Shown: piece by piece, positions 61,791 to 64,000 of the stretch
How positions within the stretch are numbered: the stretch's first letter is position 1
Layout of the letters: every line of letters begins with the position of its first letter
Source of the DNA: Octopus bimaculoides
Lineage: Eukaryota
DNA: 64,000 bases
Assembly: GCF_001194135.2 (NCBI RefSeq)
Contig: NC_068987.1
Coordinates: 43,553,267 to 43,617,266, forward strand
Direction: 5' to 3'
The notes under the pieces: generated by a model
Database searches by the model: none
Told to the model about the DNA's origin: nothing
Seen by the model: the letters and a program-made list of their open reading frames with translations, nothing else
Made by a program: the position numbers and the translations under genes

Positions 61791-61874
61791 TTGAAGAGAT
61801 CAGAAATTAAAAGAAGAGAAAGCAAAAAGGACAGAAAAAGAAAGTGAAAGATGTATGTACATCTATATGAAATG

Positions 61875-61921
<47 letters not shown>

Positions 61922-63509
61922 ATGCATGCGTTCATGTGTGTGCATGAGATAAAGAGAGATAAAGTGAGTGGGTGAAGGTGTGTGTCATGATGATTGATGT
62001 ATTTTAAGGTACATGCCATATAGAAAATGTGACGTCATCATATAAAATGTTTATGATAATTGATTTATGGAAAAGATTATAATGTTAAATTTTTGAAATG
62101 CAAATATGTGAATGGAAATTAAGNNNNNNNNNNNNNNNNNNNNNNNNNNNNNNNNNNNNNNNNNNNNNNNNNNNNNNNNNNNNNNNNNNNNNNNNNNNNN
62201 NNNNNNNNNNNNNNNNNNNNNNNNNNNNNNNNNNNNNNNNNNNNNNNNNNNNNNNNNNNNNNNNNNNNNNNNNNNNNNNNNNNNNNNNNNNNNNNNNNNN
62301 NNNNNNNNNNNNNNNNNNNNNNNNNNNNNNNNNNNNNNNNNNNNNNNNNNNNNNNNNNNNNNNNNNNNNNNNNNNNNNNNNNNNNNNNNNNNNNNNNNNN
62401 NNNNNNNNNNNNNNNNNNNNNNNNNNNNNNNNNNNNNNNNNNNNNNNNNNNNNNNNNNNNNNNNNNNNNNNNNNNNNNNNNNNNNNNNNNNNNNNNNNNN
62501 NNNNNNNNNNNNNNNNNNNNNNNNNNNNNNNNNNNNNNNNNNNNNNNNNNNNNNNNNNNNNNNNNNNNNNNNNNNNNNNNNNNNNNNNNNNNNNNNNNNN
62601 NNNNNNNNNNNNNNNNNNNNNNNNNNNNNNNNNNNNNNNNNNNNNNNNNNNNNNNNNNNNNNNNNNNNNNNNNNNNNNNNNNNNNNNNNNNNNNNNNNNN
62701 NNNNNNNNNNNNNNNNNNNNNNNNNNNNNNNNNNNNNNNNNNNNNNNNNNNNNNNNNNNNNNNNNNNNNNNNNNNNNNNNNNNNNNNNNNNNNNNNNNNN
62801 NNNNNNNNNNNNNNNNNNNNNNNNNNNNNNNNNNNNNNNNNNNNNNNNNNNNNNNNNNNNNNNNNNNNNNNNNNNNNNNNNNNNNNNNNNNNNNNNNNNN
62901 NNNNNNNNNNNNNNNNNNNNNNNNNNNNNNNGATTATTAAACCCAAAATTTTATGCACTTTAATAGCAATCAATTTTTTTCTCTTTTTTTGCTCAATTAA
63001 AATGGTTGCCTTTTCCTCGTAGTTTTTTATGTCAGCTGTAAAGGTGAAGAGGGTTAACTTGGACGGTGTTAAGTAGTGGAGATGTTTGGTGATTGTATGT
63101 GGTGGTTCTCAATAAGGATAATTGATTGATAACGAGTCTTAACACAATATATATACAACTTCAAGTGGAATTGGACATCCTAAGAGAGACAGCATAGCAA
63201 CGGTTTTGACTGACTGTCATCCTGTACTCCCCTTGTTGCTAGCGAAATGGTATGTGCCAGCTGTCTGAGCAACTGGTTGCTTTTAATGGCAGAACAAACA
63301 GGACAAAAAGATTACAAAAATAATGATTTTCACTTTGAAACTAACAATTTTGAAGATCTTTTTAGATTATGGAATGCCCTGCTCTCTCATGTATCCATGT
63401 TTGAAAATTTCAGTGCAATCAGATGAACAATACTTGAAATATAAGTGCACAAACAGACAGACAGAATGGAATTTATATATTAAGATATATATATATATAT
63501 ATATATAAA

Positions 63510-63748
63510 TATAATATAATATAGGATAAATTCTTTATAAGAATTTATCAAGTAGTCAGCGTGAAAGAAACCTCATAATGAAAAAGTAACGAAAAATTTC
63601 GTAATGAAAAAATTCATCGTTTCTTCATAGATATATTTAAGTATATATAAAGGGCATTAACTGTGTATTAATGCCTCACGCTATCGAGGGACTAAATAAA
63701 TACTACTTGATAAATTCTTATAAAGAATTTATCCTATATTATATTATA
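63510..63748. mobile_element. MITE with perfect 47-bp terminal inverted repeats
   Basis: 63510-63556 is the exact reverse complement of 63702-63748. Confidence 0.85.
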
Positions 63749-64000
63749 AATAATTAGAATATATTCAGTGCTGAATATCATTCTGTATAAGCACATGTTA
63801 CCGAGATGCAACTGGATAAATTAAAATCTCTTTCAGGGATATATAATTGTGAACAAAAAACAACGTTGCTGTGATGGCTACATCGTGGTAGGTTGATTCT
63901 TGTTTATTTTTTATATATCTTGACCATACGTGTACTGATGAACAAAAGAATACAGGTTACTTCACAGTTTTTTCTGTATTTGATTGAGAAACCAGTGGTC

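Noticed and set aside
62030-62037. TGACGTCA CRE site
   Set aside because: Lies in repeat or microsatellite context with no promoter evidence.
16435-63000. Long ORFs made mostly of X in the track
   Set aside because: Artefacts of N gaps, not coding evidence.

Overview
Repeat-dense, AT-rich, gap-ridden animal genomic DNA. The SINE, microsatellite and transposon content suggests a cephalopod (Octopus-like) draft assembly; that is inference only. One host gene is well supported: the first five coding exons of peroxisomal 2,4-dienoyl-CoA reductase (DECR2) on the minus strand (24508 down to 832). All are phase-compatible with GT-AG introns, and the gene continues off the left edge. Weaker evidence points to a divergent plus-strand transcript (candidate exons at 27.8-29.4 kb, 38.9 kb and 46.3 kb). 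The rest is mostly decayed mobile DNA: CR1/L2-like, R4/Dong-like, RTE, Tx1/L1-like and Penelope-like non-LTR elements, two Ty3/Gypsy relics, mariner/Tc1/maT transposons, Helitrons, MITEs and tRNA-derived SINEs. The most notable signals are: (1) a complete minimal hammerhead ribozyme at 34125-34176 (-); (2) a Gypsy element whose primer-binding position is complementary to its own LTR instead of a tRNA; (3) an ORF1-only Tx1/L1-like element; (4) a PHD finger embedded in an RTE reverse transcriptase; (5) two neighbouring hairpins whose mismatches are almost all G-U on one strand; (6) a DD36E Tc1 element. Most repeat boundaries are approximate, read by eye.
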